A DNA stretch of 64,000 bases from Phaeosaccion multiseriatum (lineage: Eukaryota > Protista > Ochrophyta, other classes): contig OZ218963.1 in the NCBI GenBank assembly GCA_965112735.1, positions 2,542,001 through 2,606,000 on the forward strand. The letters run 5' to 3'. Below the pieces are notes generated by a model. It did not search any database, had not been told where the DNA came from, and was given only the letters and a program-made list of their open reading frames with translations. Below are positions 9,801 through 20,042 of this stretch, piece after piece. Made by a program: the position numbers and the translations under genes. Each line of letters starts with the position of its first letter. Position 1 is the stretch's first letter.

Positions 9801-12330
9801 TGCAGAAGAGTTCAACCGAAGCAGCCGAGAGAGCAACGAGAATACAAGCCATACCTCGTCTTTCCAGCACCGGATGCACCGAGCAGAACCACTTTGATGG
9901 TGTTGTACACGCCACGCCCCTCCAACACAGATTCATAATAATTTTCGAGGGCGGCGCTGCCTTGTTTAGCTACGCCGAGAGGGGGGAAGTCGAACGGGTT
10001 CCCATCGAAGCCCCCTGTCGTGCCGTGCCGCGCAGCGAAGGCAATAAGGCCTTCCACCTCCTCACAGCTTGGATCCCAAAGCCCTGTGTGCGAGGCGTAA
10101 CAGCACAGAAATAAGAAGAGGGAAAACATTGATGGTGCGGCACACGAAGTCAGTGCACACTTGGAGCGGTGATATGAGGTAAAGGCGGGCGGCATGTTGC
10201 GACAGCTTCCTTACGCAAACCCGATTTTCACATGGAAAAGATGCAAGCTCGAAGAGTTTTCCAGGCTCAGCGGAGTCGCACGTTGGTAACACCACTTACC
10301 GCTGGCTGACATTGTTGTCCTTTAGGAGCAGCCCCCAGTTACACACACTAATATAAGTAAAAGAGACACGAACGGGTTCGCGTACCACTTACCAGTGAGA
10401 TTGTTGTGCCGCAGGCTGAGCACGATTAGGTTCTCAAAACTTCCAAGCTCCCTTGGAATGCTCCCTGCGGAGCGAAGGGGAAGTTCTTTGTCACACGACT
10501 ATCAAACGAATGGGACGCGCACGGGTGTGCGTACCCACTACCTTCTAGACTGTTCTTGTTGAGCTGAAGTTCTCGAAGGTTCGAAAGCTCTCCAAGTTGC
10601 GGCGGAATGTTTCCTGAGATGTGGGGAAAGTTCTTCAGCCACACTAATATCAAGTGAAAGGGACGCGAACGGGTGTGCGTACCACTTACCAGTGAGCTTG
10701 TTTTCGTCGAGGTACAGTCTCTTTAGGTTCTGAAGACATCCAAGCTCGGGTGGAATGCGCCCTGCGGATGGGATGAAAGTCCTTTGATCATACTCATATC
10801 AAGTCAAAGGGACGCGAACGGGTACGCGTACCACTTACCGGTGAGCTTGTTGTTGTAGAGGTACAGGTGCGTCAGGTTCTCAAGACTTCCAAGCTCGGGC
10901 GGAATGTTCCCTGTGGAGCGGAGGAAAGTTCTTTGGTCATACTTACATCAAGTCAAAGGGACGCGAACGGGTATGCGTACCACTCACCGGTGAGCTTGTT
11001 GTTGTAGAGGTTCAGAGTCTGAAGGTTCTTCAGCCTTCCAAACTCTGGTGGAATGCTCCCTGCAATGGGAGAAAAGAGTTCTTTGGTCACACAAATATAA
11101 AGCGAAAGGGACGCGAACGGGTACGCGTACCACTCACCGGTTAGCTTGTTGTTGTTGAGGGACAGTTTCTCAAGGTTCCGAAGACCTCCAAGCTCGGGTG
11201 GAATGCTCCCTGCAATGGGAGGTACGTTCTTGTCACACGACTATCAAGCGAAAGGGACGCGAACGGGTGTGCGTACCACTTACCAGTGAGCTTGTTGCCC
11301 CACAGGCTGAGCACCGTCAGGTTCTCAAGACTTCCAAGCTCGGGCGGAATGCTCCCTGCCGAGCGGAGGAAAGTTCTTTGTCATTCGACTATCAAGCGAA
11401 TAGGACGCGAACGGGTGCGCGTACCACTTACCAGTGAGCCTGTTGAAAGAGAGGTCCAATTGCTCAAGCTTCTTCAGACTTTCAAGCGCCGGTGGAATGC
11501 TCCCTGCGGATGGGAGGAGAGTTCTTTGGTCACACTAATATCAAGTCAAGGGGACGCGAACGGGTGTGCGTACCACCTACCTTCTAGCCGGTTCCCCCAG
11601 AGCACAAGTTCTCGAAGGTTTGAAAGGTGTCCAAGTTGCGGCGGAATCCTCCCTGAGATGTGAGGAAAGTTCTTCAGCCATACCAATATCAAGTCAAGGG
11701 GACGCGAACGGGTACCACTCACCGGAGAGGTTGTTGTAGCTGAGGCACAGCTCCACCAAGTTGGTCAGCCGCCCCAGCTCTGGCGGAGAGGTCCCTGCGA
11801 AGCAGAAGAGAGTTCTTTAGTCACACAAATATGAAGGGAAAGGGACGCGAACGTGCGCGTACCACTCACCGGTGAGGTTGTTGTCGCCGAGGCTCAGCCC
11901 CTCGAGCTTCTCCAGACTTCCGAGCTCCCCTGGAATGCTCCCTGCCGGTGGGAGGAAAGTTCTTTGGTCACACTAATATCAAGTCAACGGGACGCGAACG
12001 GGTTCGCGTGTATCAGACAGATGTATGCGTCTCCCTTCTCTCTCCCCTTCTTTCCTTTCCCCTCTCGAAGGATACACACTAAAATCACGAGGTTCATGGA
12101 AGACCAACCCCCACCTCCGCCCCAACCTCTTCCACGGCCTTCTCACCTTCGAGCCCGTTCCTGGAAAGGTCGAGCTTGACCACAGATCCATTATCCACCG
12201 TCACTCCATGCCACTGTTCCAAAGGTTGTGAAGTCTTCCACCCCCCTCTTTGTGTCCATTGCTCTCCGTTTGTGGCCCCATAGAGGGCGATGAGTGCTTC
12301 ACGCTGCTGCGGCTCTTCTACGTGCGACAT
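6832..12330 (-). CDS. LRR-ROC-COR (ROCO) protein with two C-terminal TM helices, multi-exon
   Basis: Inferred exons: 12330-12147 (LRR N-cap); 11 x 72-bp LRR exons; 10083-9855 ([14 protein letters not shown]); 9747-8782 (SLLRSL, TTGVEM, FFDCGGQ, LVGSKCD); 8699-8534 ([17 protein letters not shown]); 8424-7687; 7597-7310; 7224-6832. All are GT-AG and frame-consistent if the broken exon at ~10300 is skipped. Confidence 0.85.
10290..12010 (-). repeat. LRR exon-intron cassette array 1 (11 intact units + 1 broken)
   Basis: 72-bp exons at 11870-11941, 11723-11794, 11581-11652, 11432-11503, 11284-11355, 11138-11209, 10988-11059, 10839-10910, 10690-10761, 10542-10613 and 10393-10464, separated by conserved 70-78-nt introns. 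Confidence 0.95.
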
Positions 12331-12728
12331 CACGCACTGGGGTGTGCTGGTTCTAAAGAGTCGCCGCCAGGCCGGGAAGCTGCCCCTACCCCTGTGATCT
12401 CCTCCTGCTCTTTTTTCTTTTCCCTACTCCTGTCTCTGGCCCTGCAGGAATACAGATTTTCATGAGGTGCAAGTGCTGCTATTGCCACTGCTGTCGCTAC
12501 AAAAGGAATCCTTCTGGCACTGTCTGCTGCCTTGTTCTTTGGCGCTATCTTTTAAGCTATATTGTCATGTGTACCATTCTATGTGAAATTGTCAAGAGCA
12601 ATCACGTCTGTTCGTTATGGGTGTGTCATAAAAGATGCGGGTGGGGCTGAGAGAGGGCCAGGAAAGATCTCTGCATGCAGGAGCGGAAACCCCATTCGAA
12701 ACGAAGTATTCCGCTCCATTTCTTTCTT

Positions 12729-15144
12729 ATGAAGAACTCTGCGTTGAAGCTGCTAGTGGTGTGGCTATCGCACAGCTCGCTGAGTAGAGCACGCGCCGCT
12801 ACTGTGTCATACCCAGACAATGTGGGAAGCAAAGCTGTGATTGAAGGTACGGTGGCACTATATGTGAGCTTGTCACCATACTCTCAACAGCACCTCCTCC
12901 CATGCTCACAGCATCCTAACGCCTCAAGCAAATACCCTCTCCCCAGATTGTGAATTTGAAGAAGATGCTTCTACTTCTGTAGGGTCGAACGCTACACTCG
13001 AGTCATGCACATTCAAGAGCGACGTCACAGCGTTTTCTTCTTCCGTGCTGAGGAATTGCGTGTTCGAGCAGCGCGCGGATGTGGGTTCTTCGGCCTCTGT
13101 AGTGGACTCGGAATTCAAAGGCATCGCGACACTTCGCTCTTCTTCCGTGCTGAGGAATTGCGTGTTCGAGCAGAGCGCGGATGTGGGTTCTTCGGCCTAT
13201 GTAGTGGACTCCGAATTCAAAGGCACCTCGACAATTCGCTCTTCTGCTGAAGTGACTGGTATCACGGTGCAAGGATCATCTTCTGTGGGGTCGAGCTGCG
13301 TGGCTCAAAGAATTACGGTAGTGGGACCTCTCGCTATGGCAAGCAATTCACGCGTTTACCCTCCTGCAAACGAGGCGTGGATCTTTCGAGGAGGGTTGGA
13401 AATGGCATCTTCTGTGCATTTCGACGATGTTTCCGAGGAGCAGCTCAATGCATACTCGTTCCAGCCAACAGAGGGTGTGTACTCGAGGGAGTTCCCTCAC
13501 GCGATTGTCCTGCGGTCGGACGGCTACATCGAGGGTACACAGATTCCGTCAGGATCTACCCCCACCACAGCCCCTACCACTACCCCACCGACAAGGGCAC
13601 CTACCACTCTCGTTATACGGACCCCAGCCCCTTCGGTTTCTTTGGCCCCTTCCACATCATTCACTAAGGCCCCAGAAGAAGCACAGAGTACAGAGGCCCC
13701 AGAAGAAATGGAGCGTACAGAGGCCCCGGAAGAAATGGAGCGTACAGAGGCCCCGGAAGAAATGGAGCGTACAGAGGCCCCGGAAGAAACGGACACTACG
13801 AGCGATTCAGAGGAAGCTACCCCAGCTCCTCAGACCCTTGCACCCACTGCTGAAGAAAAGGTGCCAGCGACCACAACTCAATCACCCTTGCCTTTTGATG
13901 AAGCCGAGGCATCGCCACGAATCCCATTGGAATTGACGCATATCACATGCACAGACTTCCTCGAGGGCTTTGGCTTTGGAGATCTGCAGAGATGTCTTGG
14001 TATACTCGATATCGGTACATACCGGAACAGAACCGTTCATGGGGAGGCTTTTGGAGATTCATCGGAAGATGGGGCCCCGTGCGCACGTATAGTTGGTGCT
14101 GTGCAAGATGACTGTGTCTTGGAAGTGATTGCGGTATTTACAGAGGGCAGCTACGGTCCGATATTCTTCGACGACATTACAGAATCGAGAATGACGTCGA
14201 CTGTTTACTCGAACACTGGAGTTCCATTGTGCGACTTGGCTTACAGTGTAGTGGACCCGAGCTCCCAGCTCCGGAGAGTACTTTGTTCACCGTTGGCTAC
14301 ACCTTCAACAACAGATTTTCTTGACAGCGACGAAGGTACATCCGTCACCCTGGAACCTACCCCTGGACCTGTGCCATCAACGCCGGCGCCATCAGATACA
14401 TCAGCTCCCGTCACCCTGGAACCTACCCCTGGACCTGTGCCATCAACACCGGCGCCAACAGATACCCTGGAACCTACCCCTGGACCTGTGCCATCAACAC
14501 CGGCGCCAACAGATACATCAGCTCCCGTCACCCTGGAACCTGGACCTGTGCCATCAACACCGGCGCCATCAGATACGTCAGCTCCCGTCACCCTGGAACC
14601 TACCCCTGGACCTGTGCCATCAACGCCGGCGCCAACAGATACACCAGCTCCCGTCACCCTGGAACCTACCCCTGGACCTGTGCCATCAACGCCGACTGTG
14701 TTCATCACCGCCGTCAATGATTCATGTGGCGCTGCCCTCAATCAAAGAAGTGGGCAGTGCTTGTCTGAGATTCGTCTGAACCTCCGAGTGAACAGAACGA
14801 TTGAAGGGGTCGGCTACGGTATTAATGGGTCTTGCGCCGTGCTGACAGGCGAGGTGACACAGGAATGTGAAGTGGACATGTCAGTCCAATCCATTGATGG
14901 CACAAACTTTAATGTGTCATTTAGTCGAATCGGTGCGACCAACTTGATCTACACATACTACTTGGACTGCTTCCTTCTCTACAAAACGGTGGATGCAGAC
15001 AGCGACCTCAAGAATGTTCTCTGCCCAGACTCGGACACAAGAAACACACAGGAAGAATCCGCGGCCGTCAAGACGACGAATGTATCAGTCATTGGTTCCT
15101 CCATAGTGATGTTAGTTGGAATCGTAGCTCTGCTCCTCGTCTAG
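12729..15144 (+). CDS. Secreted, probably GPI- or membrane-anchored mucin-like surface glycoprotein
   Basis: Exon 12729-12846 (signal-peptide-like), intron to 12946, exon 12947-15144. Contains a 102-bp duplicated beta-helix-like repeat, 27-bp EAPEEMERT repeats, ~66-bp VTLEPTPGPVPSTPAP repeats, two Cys domains and a hydrophobic C-terminus. Confidence 0.75.
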
Positions 15145-15498
15145 CTTTCCGTGTTGTGTTCCTGTGTTTTTTTGTTTGTTTTCCCCCGCGTTTATTTAGG
15201 CATGGCAACAGTGGTCTGTGGCCCCATAATTTTTTTGAGTAAAGAATGTGTGTTCTAGTGAATTTAATCGAGTGTTGCACATTCGTCCCTATCCCTCTTG
15301 TATGTACAAACAGCTGGAGATGAAAGGGGTATTCAGGCTTGATCGTTGGCGCAACACCGAACCCTCTTTTCCCCCTTGACATCCACCATGGTGCTATTGC
15401 ACATTGGGCACATTTTACGTGCGCCCCACTCAGAAAGCATGAAAGTTATCACAGATGGCACCAAATGGTGCCTATAAAGAATGTGACGCACCACTTTC

Positions 15499-17445
15499 AT
15501 GAGGATGCATCTTTTCGTTTCGTTTCTGGCTGGTCTCTGTCGCTGGGACAAGAGCACGGTAATCAACGCTGCGAATATCTCTCTTTCTACCGTGATTGCC
15601 TCGAACGTGAACTTAAAGCTGGTCGAGAACACGTGCCCGCAAAAAATCTCATCGACCATTGCACTTTGTGCATCGCGGGTTGTGCTCAAAGCGACCGCAG
15701 ACGGACCGAATGAAGTACAGAGCTTAGTGGACTTTCAGGGGGAAACATGCGACCTGGCAACTACATGGGATGTTAATGACGACTGTACTCTGCAAATCTC
15801 TGTTGCCGTCTTGGGGGGGCTTCGTGTCACATCCGAAGAAGTGATGGAGGACAAAATTGAGTTCAAGTACACTGATGAAGAGCAGTGTGTCGCAACGTTT
15901 GCACCAGCAAACACAGGTGTTGATTTAAGGGCAAGCTTGTGCCCAGACAATACGCACGAGCCGGGCGACAAAGCGTTAACCGCTGAGGCCGCTTTTGCAG
16001 CAGACTTGACACTTACTGCTCTCACAAGGGAAACCATCAACGGGGTTGGAATCGCACGAGGAGGGGCCGTGACACTTGAATTGAAGGTAGACGAGCGTCC
16101 AGTATACATGGATACCATCGTCGCATTGGAAGATGATTTTGAAAGGCCGGAGACTTTGGGTACTATCTGGGGATTCGCGGAGCGATGGTCCAGAGATTCG
16201 AAGCAGGCGGTTGTTCACACAGAGTTCGTGGTGCAGCAATGTGTGTGTTTAGACCTCTTCTGCGAGCAAAGGGTTGCCACACTCGATTTTGGAGTATACC
16301 TTATCGATCGAGGTTTTCTCCAAGTGTCTCCCCTGCTACCGCTGTCACCGGAAGGAATCCCGCTTGCCTGCGGTTATGCTGCATACCTGAATTGGACGAA
16401 TGTTTATGCTGGAGGAGACTGTGAAATCGTCGAAGACCTGGACTATTGGGTGAAAGGAATTACGACGTGTGGGGATATTGGAGAATTGAAGTTGTACGAC
16501 AAACGCGACGACACTCTTGTTGCACGCGCGTTAACTTTGGATGAAGTCATGCCCCTTTCATTGGGTGGCTTCGACGTGTCACCCAACACTAGCCTGTCGA
16601 CGGTTGTGAACTCTCTTTTGTTTGGCGCGACTCCCTCCTATTTGGAAAATTTTACCTACGCTGGGGTGCCTTTGCTGGAGTGGAAAACTAGTGAAGTATT
16701 CCGGCACTTACTCTACGTCGGACAATTGCAATCTCTGTATTGGGTAAGTACCCCCATTCTTTCCACCCTCCCACCCCCCCCCCTACTCAAGCTCTTCCTC
16801 ACCTTTGACATGCACCCTCCCTCCCTCCCCCATTTCTTTCTTCTTTCCTCTCTTCAGGTTGATTCTGACGACACCGAGTACTGCAAGGACTCTCCGTCCT
16901 TACAAAATATGCTCAGAGAGATCCCTTCCATTGAAAGTCGGCTGTTGACTTTTCTTATCATTTCAGCCTTTCCCCTTATTGCAACTTACTTCGGCTTTCA
17001 ATTGGGAGAGCTACTGAATACCCTCCGTGAACTGCACGACGACAAGAAAGCTACTGACTACCAGAGACAAAGGATGATAGCATTCCTACAGCTGTTTCTA
17101 TCAGGCTATTTTTTCATTGTGGAAGTTATCCTCTTCCTTTCTCTCCGGAAGCCATTCCAGGATTATACCAGGTACGAAACGGTTGCAGTTCAGGTGAAGG
17201 GGAGTCTTGTCGACGGACAAGCTTCCCTTGACATCCTGGCCAATGATTTGTATTTAAGTCTTTATCGACAGCTTGTATGCGTTTTCACTGTGAGCACATC
17301 CACCGAAAGTTGGGTAGAGTGGGTGCTGCCGACCATATACACAGCCTTTGCTTTCGGCACCCTCTTCATGATTGGGGCGTTCACTCTTGCGTTGCTGTGT
17401 CCTCGAAAGCACCGCGAGTCTAGTAAATATAAGATAATCTGGTAA
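15499..17445 (+). CDS. Membrane protein with an N-terminal Cys domain and ~3 C-terminal TM helices
   Basis: 648-aa ORF containing an in-frame, stop-free 114-nt intron at 16744-16857 (gtaagt...polypyrimidine...cag). Confidence 0.7.
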   Translation: MRMHLFVSFLAGLCRWDKSTVINAANISLSTVIASNVNLKLVENTCPQKISSTIALCASRVVLKATADGPNEVQSLVDFQGETCDLATTWDVNDDCTLQISVAVLGGLRVTSEEVMEDKIEFKYTDEEQCVATFAPANTGVDLRASLCPDNTHEPGDKALTAEAAFAADLTLTALTRETINGVGIARGGAVTLELKVDERPVYMDTIVALEDDFERPETLGTIWGFAERWSRDSKQAVVHTEFVVQQCVCLDLFCEQRVATLDFGVYLIDRGFLQVSPLLPLSPEGIPLACGYAAYLNWTNVYAGGDCEIVEDLDYWVKGITTCGDIGELKLYDKRDDTLVARALTLDEVMPLSLGGFDVSPNTSLSTVVNSLLFGATPSYLENFTYAGVPLLEWKTSEVFRHLLYVGQLQSLYWVSTPILSTLPPPPLLKLFLTFDMHPPSLPHFFLLSSLQVDSDDTEYCKDSPSLQNMLREIPSIESRLLTFLIISAFPLIATYFGFQLGELLNTLRELHDDKKATDYQRQRMIAFLQLFLSGYFFIVEVILFLSLRKPFQDYTRYETVAVQVKGSLVDGQASLDILANDLYLSLYRQLVCVFTVSTSTESWVEWVLPTIYTAFAFGTLFMIGAFTLALLCPRKHRESSKYKIIW

Positions 17446-17871
17446 TGTGGATAGCACTGGTGGAAACTTAAGAATCTACCTGAATATAGTTGGAACTTCA
17501 TAATCGAACGGACGAAAACGATCCCAATAAGTATAGAATGGAAGAACACTTTAACTTCTCGACAAGCATCCCTCTTTGCTCGAAAAAGGGACTGCACGTT
17601 CTCCTCCGTGATGATACAAAATAATGATACCAAATAATTCTAAACGGTAGCTGCTCCCACGAGCTGGTGTTGGGTCCATCCATGCCCGTGTAGTGAGGTA
17701 GCTCGAGGACCGCAGGATCATACGTGGAAGGAACTGTGCATATGGGTGGAGAACCAACTGTTGAAGTTGGTAACTGTGATACGTAAGGCGCTACATACTA
17801 CATACCGGTATTGCAGGACGTACCCCCAATAAATACGTGTGTCCCGAAAGCACCTACTTGTACACATCAGC

Positions 17872-18972
17872 ATGACGCCTTGGGGCTTTTTGAAGGGATT
17901 CATGACCTCGTCGATAAGCGTACGTGATTCAGACAGGAACAGCGACGGCGAGCTAGACGGAAGTGGTTCAGCCAGGGACAGCGCCAATGAGTCAGGCGGA
18001 AGTAATTCAGCCAGGGAACCGCTGAACAGCAATCCACCGAGTTCTGGCCATGGGAATACCACATCTGGGATAAGTGGCACTGACACAGGCAATGATGAGA
18101 TGAGTTCTGGGTTGAAGAGGCTTCTTGAGGGGTCGGGAGTCACAGACGACTTACAAGATTATCTCTCAGAGACAGATCTTGACGAAATCATCAGAGTCCA
18201 TGATGAGCAAAGAAGTATGAAGAAGTCTGATGAGCAAAGAAGAAGTACTGACAATGGACACAATGGGGATGAGGGAGAAGGAAAGGCCGCCGATAACTTG
18301 GCTGATCCAGAGTCCCAAGTGCAGCCACGAACGCTCGAAAATGCGAAAGTGCTCCAAGGAGTGCTCCAACGAGTGCTCCTCAGAAAGATCAGATTTGGCA
18401 ACAAAATACGTACACGACAGGTTGAGGGCGCCAAAGAAAAATACAAGGGGAAGGAGTACATGGGCATGTGCAATTGGCGCAGGTACTTCTGGTCCTGTTT
18501 GCTGTGTAAAGTGTACCTACCGGCGGAGTACATGCTCACTGCCCGAACTTTCTCAATTACGAGGAAGGGGTACAGAAATGCGTGCTGCTTTTGCGGGTAA
18601 GTCCGGGTAAGAGGGACGGAGGAAGATGACAACGCCTTCTCTTTATCGTTTCGCTCCCCCCCATTTGATTTCCTTGCTTCTTTGTACAGACCGCGTTGTA
18701 GGAAGCCCAAGGTATCGTCGATTAACACCGTCGATCTTTCAATGGTTCGTGACGTAGACTTGGAGGTACACAGACCCTGTCTCTGCTACTGTTGCTGCTG
18801 TTGCCCCTACGAAGAGGAGGTGACGATCGAGACTGGTACTGAGGTGGTTGAGGTGCGCGTCAAGGAGGACTCCGAACCAGAGGCTTTGGAGTGTAACTTG
18901 AGTGGGGGTTCCTGGCTTGACATACTCCGGAATGGAGTTGAAGAATGTCAAATGATGCAAAGGCATGTTTAG
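17872..18972 (+). CDS. Hypothetical protein with a Cys-rich C-terminus
   Basis: Two ORFs joined in frame by intron 18597-18689 (gtaagt...tacag). Confidence 0.6.
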
Positions 18973-20042
18973 TTCCGTTAGATTGGACTTGCCAGGGTGA
19001 TGATGTCGGGACATGCGAAGTCGTATCACCAAGGCACCGCCCATCTCGCCATCGTGGAGCACATCGCGCGGGCGCAAGCAGGATAAGTATACATGAATGA
19101 TGAACAAAGCTACATACTTGCAAACAAACAAAATAGCATGATCTTCGAGAGCAAGGACCCCCGTCCAGGAGAGAAGGAAGAACGTGAGAATTTCTAGTGC
19201 ATGCATGCTCGGTGCGGCAAAGCTCGAGAAGACGGGCGGACAAGCAGCGGAAGGTTCCCCTGTTACACACAGTAGAATCCCCACACAACATACTAAAACC
19301 CAAGGCCAGGCTAGAAGCCAGCCTTGCAACTTACTATTAAAGTATCTCATGCTAGTCCTTTCCAAACATGATACAGGGACAACGCTTTCTTGTCAATGGG
19401 GTGTCATCAATTGACATATTGCTCGCTCTGCCCCCCTGGGGTGAATGAAGCGGCTAGTTTCCCCAAGATCAAATCGGCTCCAGACTGGACTATAAGCCTA
19501 GGCCTAGAGACGAAATTCGGCCGGCCTAGGGGGGCCGCAGGCCCCCGGTCTAGGCGTGGAGGGGGGCGCAGGCCCCTGGCCTAGGCCTATTTTTGGCGCA
19601 GCCCCCCCGACCTCCTTTCTCTCTGAGCTTTAGTAAGTATTTGTTGAAGTGGAGTGGTGCGATGTGAGGCTTTTTTGTTTACTACACAAGGCAGACGTGG
19701 ATGTGGCTGCGCGGGTGGTATTTGTACTACACAAGGTAGATGCGATGTTGATTCAAGGTTGAAAAATGTAGGTGGTCATGGCATTGCCGAGTGAAAAAGG
19801 GGCAGGCATGGGTAATGTGGGTTGGGTTTGGCCAAGCCAGATCGTATCGGGCCATGAAACTGGAACTACGAGGACCGGTCGCGGATCGTTCCGAGCGTAG
19901 AGTGCCATCCCGTAGTAATCTGGGCTTTCGCGGACTGGCGTGGTGTACTACTTTTCGCCGAATCCAAAGTATATTTTCGCGTCTAGAGAGTATAGTGTGA
20001 AGCCACCTGTCCAGATAACGGTTTACATGTAAAATAGAGCCT

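Noticed and set aside
10393-11941. Cassette period (~149 bp) close to the nucleosome core length
   Set aside because: Explained by a 72-bp exon plus a short intron; no independent support.
10290-12010. CRISPR-like repeat-spacer array
   Set aside because: The repeats are GT-AG introns and the spacers are homologous 72-bp LRR exons; no cas genes.
11198-12231. Plus-strand ORFs over the LRR arrays (also 21621-22494 and 27013-28073)
   Set aside because: Antisense read-through of the repeated exon-intron units.
19490-19590. GC-rich cluster of TAGGCCTA/GGCC palindromes
   Set aside because: Single copy with no clear TSD; cannot be assigned.
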